NCBI GenBank assembly: GCA_963733035.1
Contig: CAVTBU010000009.1
Coordinates: 1 to 64,000, forward strand
DNA from: Pirellulales bacterium
GTDB taxonomy: Bacteria > Planctomycetota > Planctomycetia > Pirellulales > PALSA-1355
DNA length: 64,000 nucleotides
Direction: 5' to 3'
The translations under genes were made by a program, and so were the position numbers. The notes under the pieces are model-generated. The model was not told where the DNA came from. It searched no databases and saw nothing but the letters and a program-made list of their open reading frames with translations. Every line of letters begins with the position of its first letter. Within the stretch, counting starts at the first letter, position 1. Shown piece by piece: positions 1-10,831 of the stretch.

Positions 1-1251
1 AGCGAATCGGCCGTTGCCACCGCTACGGTCAGAAGATCGACGTCACCGTCGTCAACATGCTGAACCGCAAGAACCAGGCGGAACAGCGCATCTACGAACT
101 GCTGAGCAGCAAGTTCCGGCTGTTTGAAGGCTTGTTCGGAGCGCGACGACGTCCTCGGGTCGATCAGTCCGGGATCGATTTCGAGAAGCGCATCCTGTCC
201 CTCGTCCAGACATGCCGGACAGAGGAGGAGTCAATGCCGCCTTCAAGCAACTTGAGAAAGAGCTTGAGGAGCAGATCCGGACGGACATGGAAGAGACCCG
301 TCAGCAGTTGTTCGACGCTTTCGATGCCTCGATCGTCGACATGCTCCGCCAGCGTGGGGCCGACATTGAACGAACGATGTCAGATTTCGAACGACGTCTT
401 TGGCTTCTCGCACGAGCAGAGCTGCCTGACGCCGTCTTTCGCAACGGCGGGCTCCCCTCTTTCGACTTCGAAGGGGCGACGTGGTCAACCATCTGGCCGG
501 AGGCAGATGAACGGGGGTGGCGGTTCTTCCGGCTAGGTGACGGGACACTCGCGGACCGCCTAGTCGACGATGCGCGGAGCCGCGATCTACCGGAAACAAA
601 GTTGGTCTTCGATTATCAGGCGTACCGCAGCGATGCCCAACCTCGTCTTTCCGATGTCGAGCGACTTTCGGGGAAGACCGGTTGGATGAAGTCCTGCTCC
701 ACCAGGCCGTCACCGCCATTGGGTCGCGAGAAAGTATCCTTGTCACAGCGATGACTGACGATGGCAGGCCCGTCGCTCCCGAGACAGCCGAGCGGCTGTT
801 TCAGTTACCTGCAACCGTCCGACCCATGACAACCGTCTGTCCCGCCGAAACCATGGCTGCGATCGAGAGCACCGTCTTGGCCGACGCCCAGAAGGAGGCG
901 GAGGCCGAAAGTGACAAGTGGCTTGAAGAGGAAACGGTCAAGCTTGAGGCTTATGCCGAGGACATGGAAAGGGCCAATGAGTTGCGAGCCAAAGAACTCG
1001 ACATCGAGGTGAAGGCCGCCAGGAAGTCCCTTCGTGGCAACCAATCCCTGCCGCTCAGTGAAAAGATTGCGGAAGAGCGCCGGATCAAACGGCTGGAAGA
1101 GGAACGGGACGAGCTGAAGCTGTCCACATTCAAACGGCTGCGTGAAATACGGCGCGACGTCGAAAGCAAGCTGGATGACGTCGCGGCACAGCTTGCGATG
1201 ACGCCGCAGGTTACACCATTAATGACAATACGCTGGGAGCTTCCGGCATGA
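1..1251 (+). CDS. SNF2-family helicase, C-terminal part (5'-partial, frameshifted near 150, 232, 690)
   Basis: From nt 3 reads RIGRCHRYGQKIDVTVVNML (SNF2 motif VI QRIGRxHRxGQ), continuing across ORFs 57-536, 212-754, 682-1251 into a coiled-coil tail; TGA overlaps mod ATG (ATGA). Confidence 0.85.
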
Positions 1252-2930
1252 GCAAAAAGACGCGTCTCGAACTCACGTGGATCGGAAGGACGAGCGGCCG
1301 AAGCTGGAGCCGAGAATTCTGATAGAGGACGCCGCCCTCTCATACCATGCTGGGGCCCGCCGGTCCGATGCGGACATCTTCGACAACATGCTGATCCAGG
1401 GCGACAATCTTCTCGCGTTGAAAGCGTTGGAGGCGGAATACTCTGGACGCGTGAAATGCATCTTTATCGACCCCCCTTACAACACCGGGAATGACTTCCT
1501 CCACTACCCCGATGGTCTTGAACATTCGTCTTGGCTTTCGATGATGCGCGACAGACTTGAAGCGCTCCACCGACTACTCAGTGACGACGGTTCGATTTGG
1601 ATAACCATCGATGACAACGAATCTCATTATTTCAAAGTGATGTGTGATGAGGTATTTGGGAGGGATCGCTTTATTGCAAATGTCATTTGGCAGAAGCAAT
1701 TATCTCCAAATAGCACGGCGCAATATCTCTCTTAACTCACATGATCACGTCTTGCTTTACGCAAAACCAAAGTGGACAAGGAATTTACTTGAAAGAACGG
1801 AAAAATCAAATTCGAACTACAAAAACCCTGACAATGATACTCGCGGCATCTGGACCTCAAGTGATCTTTCGGCCAGAAATTACTACTCTCTTGGAATCTA
1901 CTCGGTCACGAGTCCCTCGGGACGAGTAATTGAAGCCCCACCTCCCGGCCGATACTGGACAATTTCCAAAGAAAGATTTGAGGAGCTAAATGCCGATGGG
2001 CGTATCTGGTGGGGGGCTAAAGGAAATAATCAGCCGCGCTTGAAGCGCTTCCTGTCAGATGTGAGAGAAGGTGTCGTTCCGCAAACAGTGTGGCGGCATG
2101 AAGAAGTCGGACATACCCAAGAGGCCAAAAAAGAGGTTATTGCATTTAATGGCCAGGAAGTTTTTGCGACCCCGAAACCGGAACGTCTCATCAAGCGCGT
2201 GCTCCAGATAGCAACTCAGCCGGGCGATCTAGTGCTCAATTCCTTCGCTGGCTCCGGCACAACGGGCGCAGTTGCCCAGAAGATGGGGCGACGCTGGATT
2301 ATGGTCGAACTTGGTGACCATGCGGTGACTCATGTTGTTCCCCGCCTCAAGAAGGTAATCGATGGCGATGACTCCGGCGGTGTGACGGAATCGATTGGAT
2401 GGAAAGGTGGCGGTGGCTTCCGCTTCTATGGCCTCGCACCTTCGCTTCTGGAGAAGGATCAGTTCGGCAACTGGGTGATTTCCAAAGCTTACAACGCCGT
2501 CATGCTCGCCGAGGCGATGTGTAAACATCTCGGCTTTGTTTATGCGCCTAGCCACGCGCCGGCGGAATACTGGCGACATGGATACTCAACCGAGAGCGAC
2601 TTCATCTACATAACCACGCAATCCCTGACTTACGACGCGCTGAAAAAGCTATCTGAAGAGGTAGGGCCGAAGCGCACGCTGCTCGTGTGCTGCAAGGCGT
2701 TCAACGCCAAGGAAGATGCGTTTGAGAATCTGACGGTGAAGAAAATTCCCCACGCGATCCTCAAGCAGTGCGAATGGGGCCGGGACGACTATTCGCTGCG
2801 CGTGGCGGGGCTGCCGGTGACCGAGGAAACCGACGACATGGCCGAGGAAGCCTCTGACCGACCGTACCCTTCCAGACGAGGCAAGGCCGAAGCGGCTCTC
2901 CCGCTTTTTGAGCAGGAGGCCTCGAAATGA
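1248..2930 (+). CDS. mod: Type III RM adenine methyltransferase (Mod), frameshifted near 1287 and 1732
   Basis: MSKKTRLELTWIG start, NMLIQGDNLLALKAL, catalytic DPPY, TPKPERLI, SAM motif FAGSGTT; ATGA overlap with res. Confidence 0.9.
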
Positions 2931-5622
2931 TGTTGCAGCGGCAAATTCAACAGATCAAAGCCCGGCTGTCGCTGCGCACCCCTCAGGCCGAGGCGCTCGA
3001 CATCCTGGCCGATGTGCTCGACACGATCAACTTTTCTAAGGCCGGGGATGTGGTTGCGGCACTGGATGCGATCAAGGCGACCTATCCGAGCGTGACGGAC
3101 TTCGAGCGAGACTTCCCATCGCTGTGTTTCGCTCTTGCAACCGGTGTGGGCAAGACCCGCCTGATGGGCGCGTTCATCGCCTATCTTTACCTAACCGGTC
3201 GATCGAAGCACTTCTTTGTGCTCGCTCCCAATACCACCATCTACAACAAGCTCATAGCAGACTTCAGCCAGCAGAATTCGCCCAAATATGTCTTCCGTGG
3301 CATTGCCGAATTCGCCCAGTTGCCGCCGATCGTCGAGACTGGCGACAACTGGGAGCGAGGTTATGCCGTGCGCGGTGACCTTCTTGGTGAGACTGCGGTC
3401 GTCTTCATTTTCAACGTCGACAAGATCAACAAGGAGGCCGGAAGGATTCGCAAACTCCACGAGTACATCGGCGAATCCTATTTCGACTACCTGTCGGGGC
3501 TGCCCGACCTCGTCCTGTTGATGGACGAGGCGCACCGTTACCGCGCCAAGGCTGGCATGAGTGCCATTGCGGAACTGAAGCCTGTGATCGGTCTTGAGCT
3601 CACGGCAACTCCTCGCTCGGTGGGGGCGCGTTCCTCCGCATTCAAGAACGTCATTTATGACTATCCGCTGGGCCAGGCGATGGTCGATGGTTACGTCAAG
3701 GACCCAGCCGTCGCCACGCGGGAGGGGTTCCGCGCCGACCGGGTGACGCCGGAACAGCTTGAGCGGATGAAGCTTGAGGACGGCATCCACTGTCACGAAA
3801 ACACCAAGGCAGAGCTGGCGATCTATGCGCAGCAGACGGGCCGCAAGCTTGTCCATCCCTTCATGCTTGTCGTCGCCCAGGATACGGCGCACGCCGGTGA
3901 AATCCGCAGGCAGATTGAATCCGATGAATTCTTCCAAGGTCGCTACAAAGGTCGCGTGATCGAGGTCCATTCCGGAACGCGCGGAGAGGAGACAGAAGAG
4001 GCGACCGCAAAGCTCGTCGCGCTGGAGCATGACGACCAGACCGACGTCGTCATTCACGTGAACAAGCTCAAAGAAGGCTGGGATGTCACCAACCTCTACA
4101 CGATTGTCCCCTTACGCGCTTCTGCATCCGACATACTGACTGAGCAGACACTAGGGCGCGGTCTTCGATTGCCCTATGGACAGCGGACGGGCGTCGAGGC
4201 CGTGGACCGCTTAACGGTCGTTGCACATGACCGGTTCGATGAGGTGATCAAGGCTGCGCGCGATCCGGAAGTTCTTGTGTCCATCCGCAAGACCGTCATC
4301 GTCGGTAGTGGCGGCGATGTTTCTGATTTGGGAGCCGAGGTCATCGAATCTCGTTCGAATGTCGAAACCTCGCTGACCGGAGCGACCGGATCATTCGGCG
4401 AATCCGAACAGGCGGCCTATGTTTTCGAGACAGCTGAAGAACGCGAAGTCGCCAAGGTCGCCTTGGACGTGATCGGCCGCGAGTTCGAACGCCGGATCAA
4501 GAGCGGGATCGACAAACTCGAAACGCCGGAGATTTCAGGCTGAGATTGCCAAGGTCGTGAAGGAGATCATGGCCCCCGAGCAAGGAACGTTCGAGACTTT
4601 CGAACAAAAAACCGACGTTGCGGCGACGGTGGCCAAAGTGACGAAGCAGGTCGTTCAGCACACCATTTCCATTCCCGAAATTGTCGTGCTCCCCACGAGC
4701 GAGGTGAATTTCGGATATCGCGACTTCGATCTTTCGAGTCTCGAAACGATCGCCCGGCAACCGCTTTCGGATCAGATCATGGTGCAGCGGTTGCGGGACG
4801 AGGCCAGGGCCTTCCTTGCTCGCACATCGAACGCTGCGAAGGAGGAGCGCTTGGAGAACTATCTCGTCCGGCACCTCATCGACCTGCCGCAAATCGACTA
4901 CGAGTTCTCAGAGCGAGTTGCTCTTTAAGCTCGCCGGGCAAATGGTGAAGCGGCTGCAGTCCTACCTTCCAACTGAAGACGACGTGGAGAACGTCTTGGT
5001 CGGGCACGGGAAGGATCTCGCCCGTTTCATCTTCGGCCAGATGCAGGCGCACTATTGGGAAACACCGACGGAGTACCGTGCGAGCGTGGTTCGCGGGTTC
5101 ACTATGCTGCGTCCGCAGGCATTCAATGTGCCTACCCGTGAATTCATTCGGAATTTCCGAACGCCCGTCACGCCTCTGAGTGAAACCAGAAAATACGTCT
5201 TCGAGGGCTTCGCCAAATGCTGCTATCCGTATCAAAAATTCGACTCTGATACTGAGAGGGAATTCGCTGTCGTTCTTGAGGCAACAGGCGAACCCCAGGT
5301 CCTGCATTGGATGAAGCCGGCGGCGGGACAATTCCGGATCGAGTACGCATCCGGCCAGGCCTACGAGCCGGACTTCGTCATTGAGACAGCCAAGGAAAAG
5401 GTGATCGCCGAAACCAAGGCAAAAAATGAAATGACTGATCCTGTCGTCGAAGCGAAGGCGCGCGCGGCCCGCAAGTGGATCCACTATGCCAACGAGCACG
5501 CAAAAGAGACAGGCGGCAAGCCTTGGTCTTACATGCTCGTTCCGCACGATGCGGTGACACCGAGCGCGACCTTGTCATCGCTGATGGCAGCGTACGCGCA
5601 AGCCTCAGAATTAATTGGGTAA
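2927..5622 (+). CDS. res: Type III restriction subunit (Res), SF2 helicase plus C-terminal PD-(D/E)xK nuclease; frameshifted near 4540 and 4918
   Basis: Walker A ATGVGKT, DEAH, LTAT, LKEGWD, EQTLGRGLR; C-terminal YEPDFVIET..IAETK; split over three consecutive ORFs. Confidence 0.9.
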
Positions 5623-5676
5623 CTTTTCTGGCATTAAGGCTCGCAGCTTTGCGAGGCACATCGTTGGGGGGCATTC

Positions 5677-7510
5677 ATGCGACCGTTCACTCGTTCGATC
5701 ATTGAACTTTTCGATGGCAAGCGCCGATATCTCATCCCGCTCTATCAAAGGCAGTATGCCTGGAAAGTCTCTCCACAGCTCGAACTCCTCTGGGAGGACG
5801 TCGAACGCGCGGCAAAGCGATTGCGGGAAGAGGGCAAGCTCTCATCCCCACACTTCATGGGTGCAATTGTCCTTTCTCAAATCAAGACTTACGGAAAAGA
5901 AGTCCAGGCGTTCGAAGTCATCGACGGGCAGCAGCGGCTCACAACATTTCAGCTTCTCTTGTCTGCATTAAGAGATGTAGCCGGAAGTCTGTCACCAGAG
6001 TACGCGGCCGAGGTCTCGAAGTATCTAATAAACGACGGCGTAATGGAGACGCCCTCCATTGAGCGCTTCAAGCTGTGGCCGTCTCTAACCGACCGATTTT
6101 CGTTCATTACGATCATCGATCCGGACGCAGAGCACATCTCTTCTTGGAAGACACCTGAAGACGAACAAGGCGTGGTCCGTCCGTCGGTGGCAGCATACTC
6201 GTTCTTCAAGGCGAGGATCGAAGACCATGTCATCACGGACGGCGAATTCGATCCGTTTCGGATGGAAAAGCTGTTTGAAGCGCTTCGATCCGGCCTTGCC
6301 GCCGTTTCCATTGAGCTTGAAAGCGGCGACGACGCCCAGACAATTTTCGAAACTCTCAACAGTCGAGGGGTTGATCTGTCTGCAAGCGACCTCATGCGAA
6401 ATTTCATCTTTCAGAGAGCGAAGGGACTGGGCCAGACGCATGGACAACTCAAGGTCGACGATCTCTATCAGAAATACTGGCTACCGCTGGATGGATGGTT
6501 CTGGAGGGAAGGAGAAACACGCGGACGTCAAACCGGACCTCGACAAGACTGGCTATTGGTTGACCACCTAGCAATGATGCAAGCTGATCTCGTTCCATTG
6601 ACCATTTATTCGAAACCTATCGTAGATGGATTTTGGATGAAAAACCCTTTTCATCGATTGAAGACGAATTGCAAGCAATTCAAGAAAATACTAAATCCAT
6701 AGAAAGATATCCGAACAAAATTCTGGCGATCCGCTCGGTGATTTTGGGCGTTTCGCCAAAGCATTCGATGTATCGACAGCGATGCCGCTCGTTCTTTACA
6801 TTGCTTCCGAAGCCTCTTTTTGTGACGATAATCTAAAGACGGCACTCGAGTATATCGAATCTTACATCGTGCCCGCGACATCTGCGGCTTGCCAACAGGC
6901 AATTATAATCAATTCTTTGTTGATGCGGTCGCGAAGCTGCCTCGCGGTAGCGAAAACCCTTCCGCTAGCAGCGTGAGACAAATCCTTTCTTCAAGCCAGG
7001 CGAACGCAATCCGCTGGCCATCGGATGAGGAATCGGAGAGCACGGATGGCTAGGTAGAGATCAGTATAAGTCCAGCAGGCAAGCGAAATTGCAATTCATT
7101 TTCGAGAAAATTGAGCATCTAAATCGCTCTCAGCAGAGCGAAATTGTTGCGATAAAGAGCGATCTTACACTTGAACATATCATGCCGCCAGAGGTTGGCG
7201 CGACAATTGGCCAGTACCCGGTTTCGATCATGTTTCTGAGGGCGAACTCGACTTCGAAAAGATGTCCCGGGAAATGGAACGCGAGCAAGCGATCAACAAA
7301 ATGGGCAATCTCACTCTTTTGACCCACAAGCTGAATGCGAGCATCTCTAACGGGGAATTCGCAACAAAATGCCCGCTGTGAGAGCACATACAGCACTGAT
7401 CCTAAATCGAGAACTTCAGCACTACGATCATTGGGACGAAAAGTCGATTGCCGAGCGAGAGAGCGTCTTTATTCGACATGGCAAATAAGATTTGGCCTAG
7501 CCCCATCTAG
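5677..7510 (+). CDS. gmrSD: GmrSD-type (DUF262 + DUF1524/HNH) modification-dependent restriction endonuclease, multiply frameshifted after ~6590
   Basis: DUF262 motifs IPLYQRQYAW, VIDGQQRLTT, IFETLNSRG; downstream fragments LTLEHIMP and NKMGNLTLLTHKLNAS (HNH); ends ..NKIWPSPI* at 7510. Confidence 0.85.
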
Positions 7511-8558
7511 CGAGCAGCGCCGAAGTATCCGAAAATACATAGGTGGCTATGGTTTGGAACTCTGATCGCCTGCTTGGTGGCAAGGCCTTGCGCGGAGATC
7601 TGTGTGCTTGCGCCCTGCTCAACTGGATAAGACTGTGCGTCGTTACCGAAAAAGCCGTTGCTGATGATTCTTCCGGCAAATCTTCCGTCCAGCCAACTGT
7701 GTCGTATTTCCATTGAAGGTGTTGATTTCGCTCGAAGTCTTCCTCCAGCTTGGGCTTCTCCGAGCGATAGAAAATAAAGCGCTTCGAATATACTTGGACC
7801 GACCGATTGACAAAACCCGGTTTCTTCGTCGGTGAGGTTCATCGCGAAGGCTTTCGGAAACCTTCGACACTGCATGGGTGATGCGTAGAAAATGGCGATG
7901 TCAGGCGTGAGCGGCAATAGACAGCGGGGACTTTGCGGCCTGTTCGCGACGGAGTGGATGTTGTGCATAAACCCATCGCCGAAAATGAATTCTCGACCGA
8001 CGCTGAACAATATCGCCAGCTTTCCTCGCTGCATCGCGCTAGACAACGTCTTTTGACCATGGCGGATATTCAGTCCGAGAAGTGCGCGGTCCCCCTGTCC
8101 TTCCCGAAAGCCCATCCGCTCTCGCAATGCTCGCGTTCCAGAGTCAACCCTGTGACGGAAACAGGGACTGCGGATGATCAGTGATGCCAGGATTGTAGTA
8201 AGGGCTTCAAATTGCTCGTCGCCGACGATCAGCGGCGAGACGCGCTCTTCCAAAGGTGCGGCAGAGGGCGGAACGGAGGATTGCACTTTCACAACCACTC
8301 CATAGCAGGGGTGATGCTCGCGTCGGCCGAGCCGAATGTATGCTCAAAGGACTCATCCCAGACGGTAGGCTCATCAGCAAGGTAGATATTGTTGTCGTTC
8401 CGGATCGCGCCGAACTTGTCGGGCTTTGATCGCACAACCCTGCCCTCGCAAGAAAGACTATGCGCAAATCCATCTTCGGCGGCCCAATGTCGGGAAAGTG
8501 TCCGTGGCCACCAATGATGCAGCTCCTTCTTGGGTTCGAATTTCTTTGTCGTAGGCAA
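7507..8558 (-). CDS. DUF4238-like protein, frameshifted near 8295 (3' end uncertain)
   Basis: N-terminal ELHHWWPRTLSRHWA resembles DUF4238 HHYVP motif; later EFIFGD and LLPLTPDIAI; TTG start with GGAGGAG RBS (8574-8580, minus strand). Confidence 0.65.
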
Positions 8559-8641
8559 ATAACGCTCCCAGCTCTCCTCCGACTATAGACATTTCCGTTA
8601 ACCTTGCCACCCGCGCCGACCGCAAGATCGAGCGATCGATA

Positions 8642-10831
8642 TCCGCGCTCAGTTGTACCGGGGCCAAGGCCGACCACCGGTTGGCGATGCGAGGCTCGCA
8701 AATCCAGCATTTCGCGTGGCAGCTAGCCGCGCAGCTCGGTGTCGCAAGCCAAGCCGCCACTGACGAGAAGCATGCTGACTGGATCACCGCTGTTGCGGAC
8801 GATTTGCAGGCCCATCGCGGACATTCGTTGATCATCGCAGGAGAACGACAGCCACCGGCTTTACATGTCCTGGCCCACGTTCTCAATGAAACGCTGGGCA
8901 ACGTGGGCACCACGGTGCGCTACATCGAGCCGGTGGAATTCCGGCCGCCCGACGCTAACTATTCCCTCGCCGAGCTAACCACCGATATGCGGCGCGGTGA
9001 AGTGGAGTTCCTACTCATGTTGGGCGGCAACCCCGCCTATACCGCGCCTGCGGACGTGCCGTTCGCGTCCGCGATGGATAAGGTTCCCCTGCGCGCACAT
9101 TTAAGCCTCTACCAGGACGAAACTTCGCGGCTGTCTCATTGGCATTTGCCGGAGGCCCACTACCTGGAAACTTGGTCCGACGCCCAGGCCTTTGACGGTA
9201 CGACGTCGATCGTCCAACCGCTAGTTAAGCCGCTGTACAAAGGCCGCTCCGCGCACGAGGTGTTGGCACTGCTCGGCAATTCGCAAGCCTTGAGCGGCCA
9301 AGACATCGTCAAGCAACACTGGCGCATGCGTTGGACCGACGTTGGTGCCAGCGAAGCTTTCGAGCGGCGATGGCAAACGGCGTTGCACGACGGAGTTATT
9401 GCGGGTTCGACACGCCAACCCAAGCGCGTGCGCGTGATAGACGACTGGGAACAACAACTCAAGAAGACGCTACCCGACGGGCCGGCAACATCGCAGCAAA
9501 AGTTGGAGCTGGTATTCGTTCCCGACCCGACCTTGCACGACGGACGCTTTGCAAACAATGGTTGGTTGCAGGAACTGCCCAAACCCGTGACGTTGTTGAC
9601 TTGGGGCAACGCGGCCATCGTCAGTCCAGCCACCGCCGATCGTCTACGCCTCAAACGCGGTAACTACGTTCATGGTGGACAGCACGGCGGCCACCACATG
9701 CCGGTAGTGCAATTGACGATCAACGAACGACACCTCCGCGGGCCGTTGTGGATCATGCCGGGGCACGCCGACGATACGGTTACCGTCTACCTTGGCAATG
9801 GGCGGCGAAGCGCGGGCCGCGTGGGGGACGGAGTCGGCGTCGATGCCTACCCGCTGCGCACGAGCCGTGAGCCATGGTTCGCAGGCGGCGTCGAACTCAA
9901 GCAACTAGATGAAACGGAAGTCGTCGCTTGCACGCAAGTGCACCACTCGATGGAAGGTCGTAACGTGGTGCGGTCGGCAACGTTGGCTCAGTACCACGAG
10001 AATCCAGATTTCGCTTCCGAGCAAATCCGTCGCGAAGCGCGCGAAGAATCTCCGCGGGCAGAACCGCCACTGACGTTTTATGAGGCGTTCGAAGAGGCAC
10101 CACCAGAGCACAAGTGGGGCATGGCGATCGATCTCACGAGTTGTATTGGCTGCAATGCCTGCATCATCGCCTGTCAAGCCGAAAACAACATTCCGGTAGT
10201 CGGCAAGGAGCAGGTGTCGTTCGGCCGCGAAATGCATTGGATACGCGTCGATCGGTATCTTGAGGGGTCGGCAGAAGCGCCTCAGGCCGTTCACTTTCAG
10301 CCGCTCCCCTGCATGCACTGTGAAAATGCGCCGTGTGAATACGTTTGCCCGGTCGAGGCAACCGTGCACAGTGCCGAGGGGCTAAACGACATGATCTACA
10401 ATCGCTGCGTCGGCACGCGGTTCTGCTCGAACAATTGTCCTTACAAGGTCCGCCGCTTCAATTTCCTGGCCTACGCAGACTTCGACACCAGCACCGAGCG
10501 GTTGCAATACAACCCTGATGTGACCGTGCGATCGCGGGGCGTGATGGAAAAGTGCACGTATTGCGTGCAGCGGATTAGGCAGGCCGAAATCGATGCCCAA
10601 TGCGAGGACCGCCTGGTGCGCGACGGCGAGATCCTCACCGCCTGCCAAGCGGTATGCCCCGCCCAGGCCATCGCTTTTGGCGACATCAACGATCCACGGA
10701 GCGAGGTGCACCGCTGGAAGGAATCACCGCTCAACTACGGACTGTTGGAAGATACGAACACGATGCCGCGCACGACTTACCTGGCTGAACTGCGCAACCC
10801 CAATCCGGCCCTCGAAGGACGCAACGCATGA
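8642..10831 (+). CDS. actB: Alternative complex III subunit B (molybdopterin-oxidoreductase-like plus Fe-S domain), 5'-truncated
   Basis: Homology begins at SALSCTGAKADHRL; DGRFANNGWLQELPKP; Fe-S motifs CIGCNACIIAC, CMHCENAPCEYVCP, CVGTRFCSNNCP, CTYC..CQAVCP; no Tat signal or N-terminal part. Confidence 0.9.
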   Translation, partial: SALSCTGAKADHRLAMRGSQIQHFAWQLAAQLGVASQAATDEKHADWITAVADDLQAHRGHSLIIAGERQPPALHVLAHVLNETLGNVGTTVRYIEPVEFRPPDANYSLAELTTDMRRGEVEFLLMLGGNPAYTAPADVPFASAMDKVPLRAHLSLYQDETSRLSHWHLPEAHYLETWSDAQAFDGTTSIVQPLVKPLYKGRSAHEVLALLGNSQALSGQDIVKQHWRMRWTDVGASEAFERRWQTALHDGVIAGSTRQPKRVRVIDDWEQQLKKTLPDGPATSQQKLELVFVPDPTLHDGRFANNGWLQELPKPVTLLTWGNAAIVSPATADRLRLKRGNYVHGGQHGGHHMPVVQLTINERHLRGPLWIMPGHADDTVTVYLGNGRRSAGRVGDGVGVDAYPLRTSREPWFAGGVELKQLDETEVVACTQVHHSMEGRNVVRSATLAQYHENPDFASEQIRREAREESPRAEPPLTFYEAFEEAPPEHKWGMAIDLTSCIGCNACIIACQAENNIPVVGKEQVSFGREMHWIRVDRYLEGSAEAPQAVHFQPLPCMHCENAPCEYVCPVEATVHSAEGLNDMIYNRCVGTRFCSNNCPYKVRRFNFLAYADFDTSTERLQYNPDVTVRSRGVMEKCTYCVQRIRQAEIDAQCEDRLVRDGEILTACQAVCPAQAIAFGDINDPRSEVHRWKESPLNYGLLEDTNTMPRTTYLAELRNPNPALEGRNA

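Noticed and set aside
1720..1740. Phase-variable (SSR) switch in mod at the frameshift
   Set aside because: Only a short CTCTCT; the break is one extra T, not a repeat-unit change, and neighbouring genes have similar indels
1..8640. Integrase, transposase or att site for the defence cassette
   Set aside because: None recognisable in the window; mobility cannot be asserted
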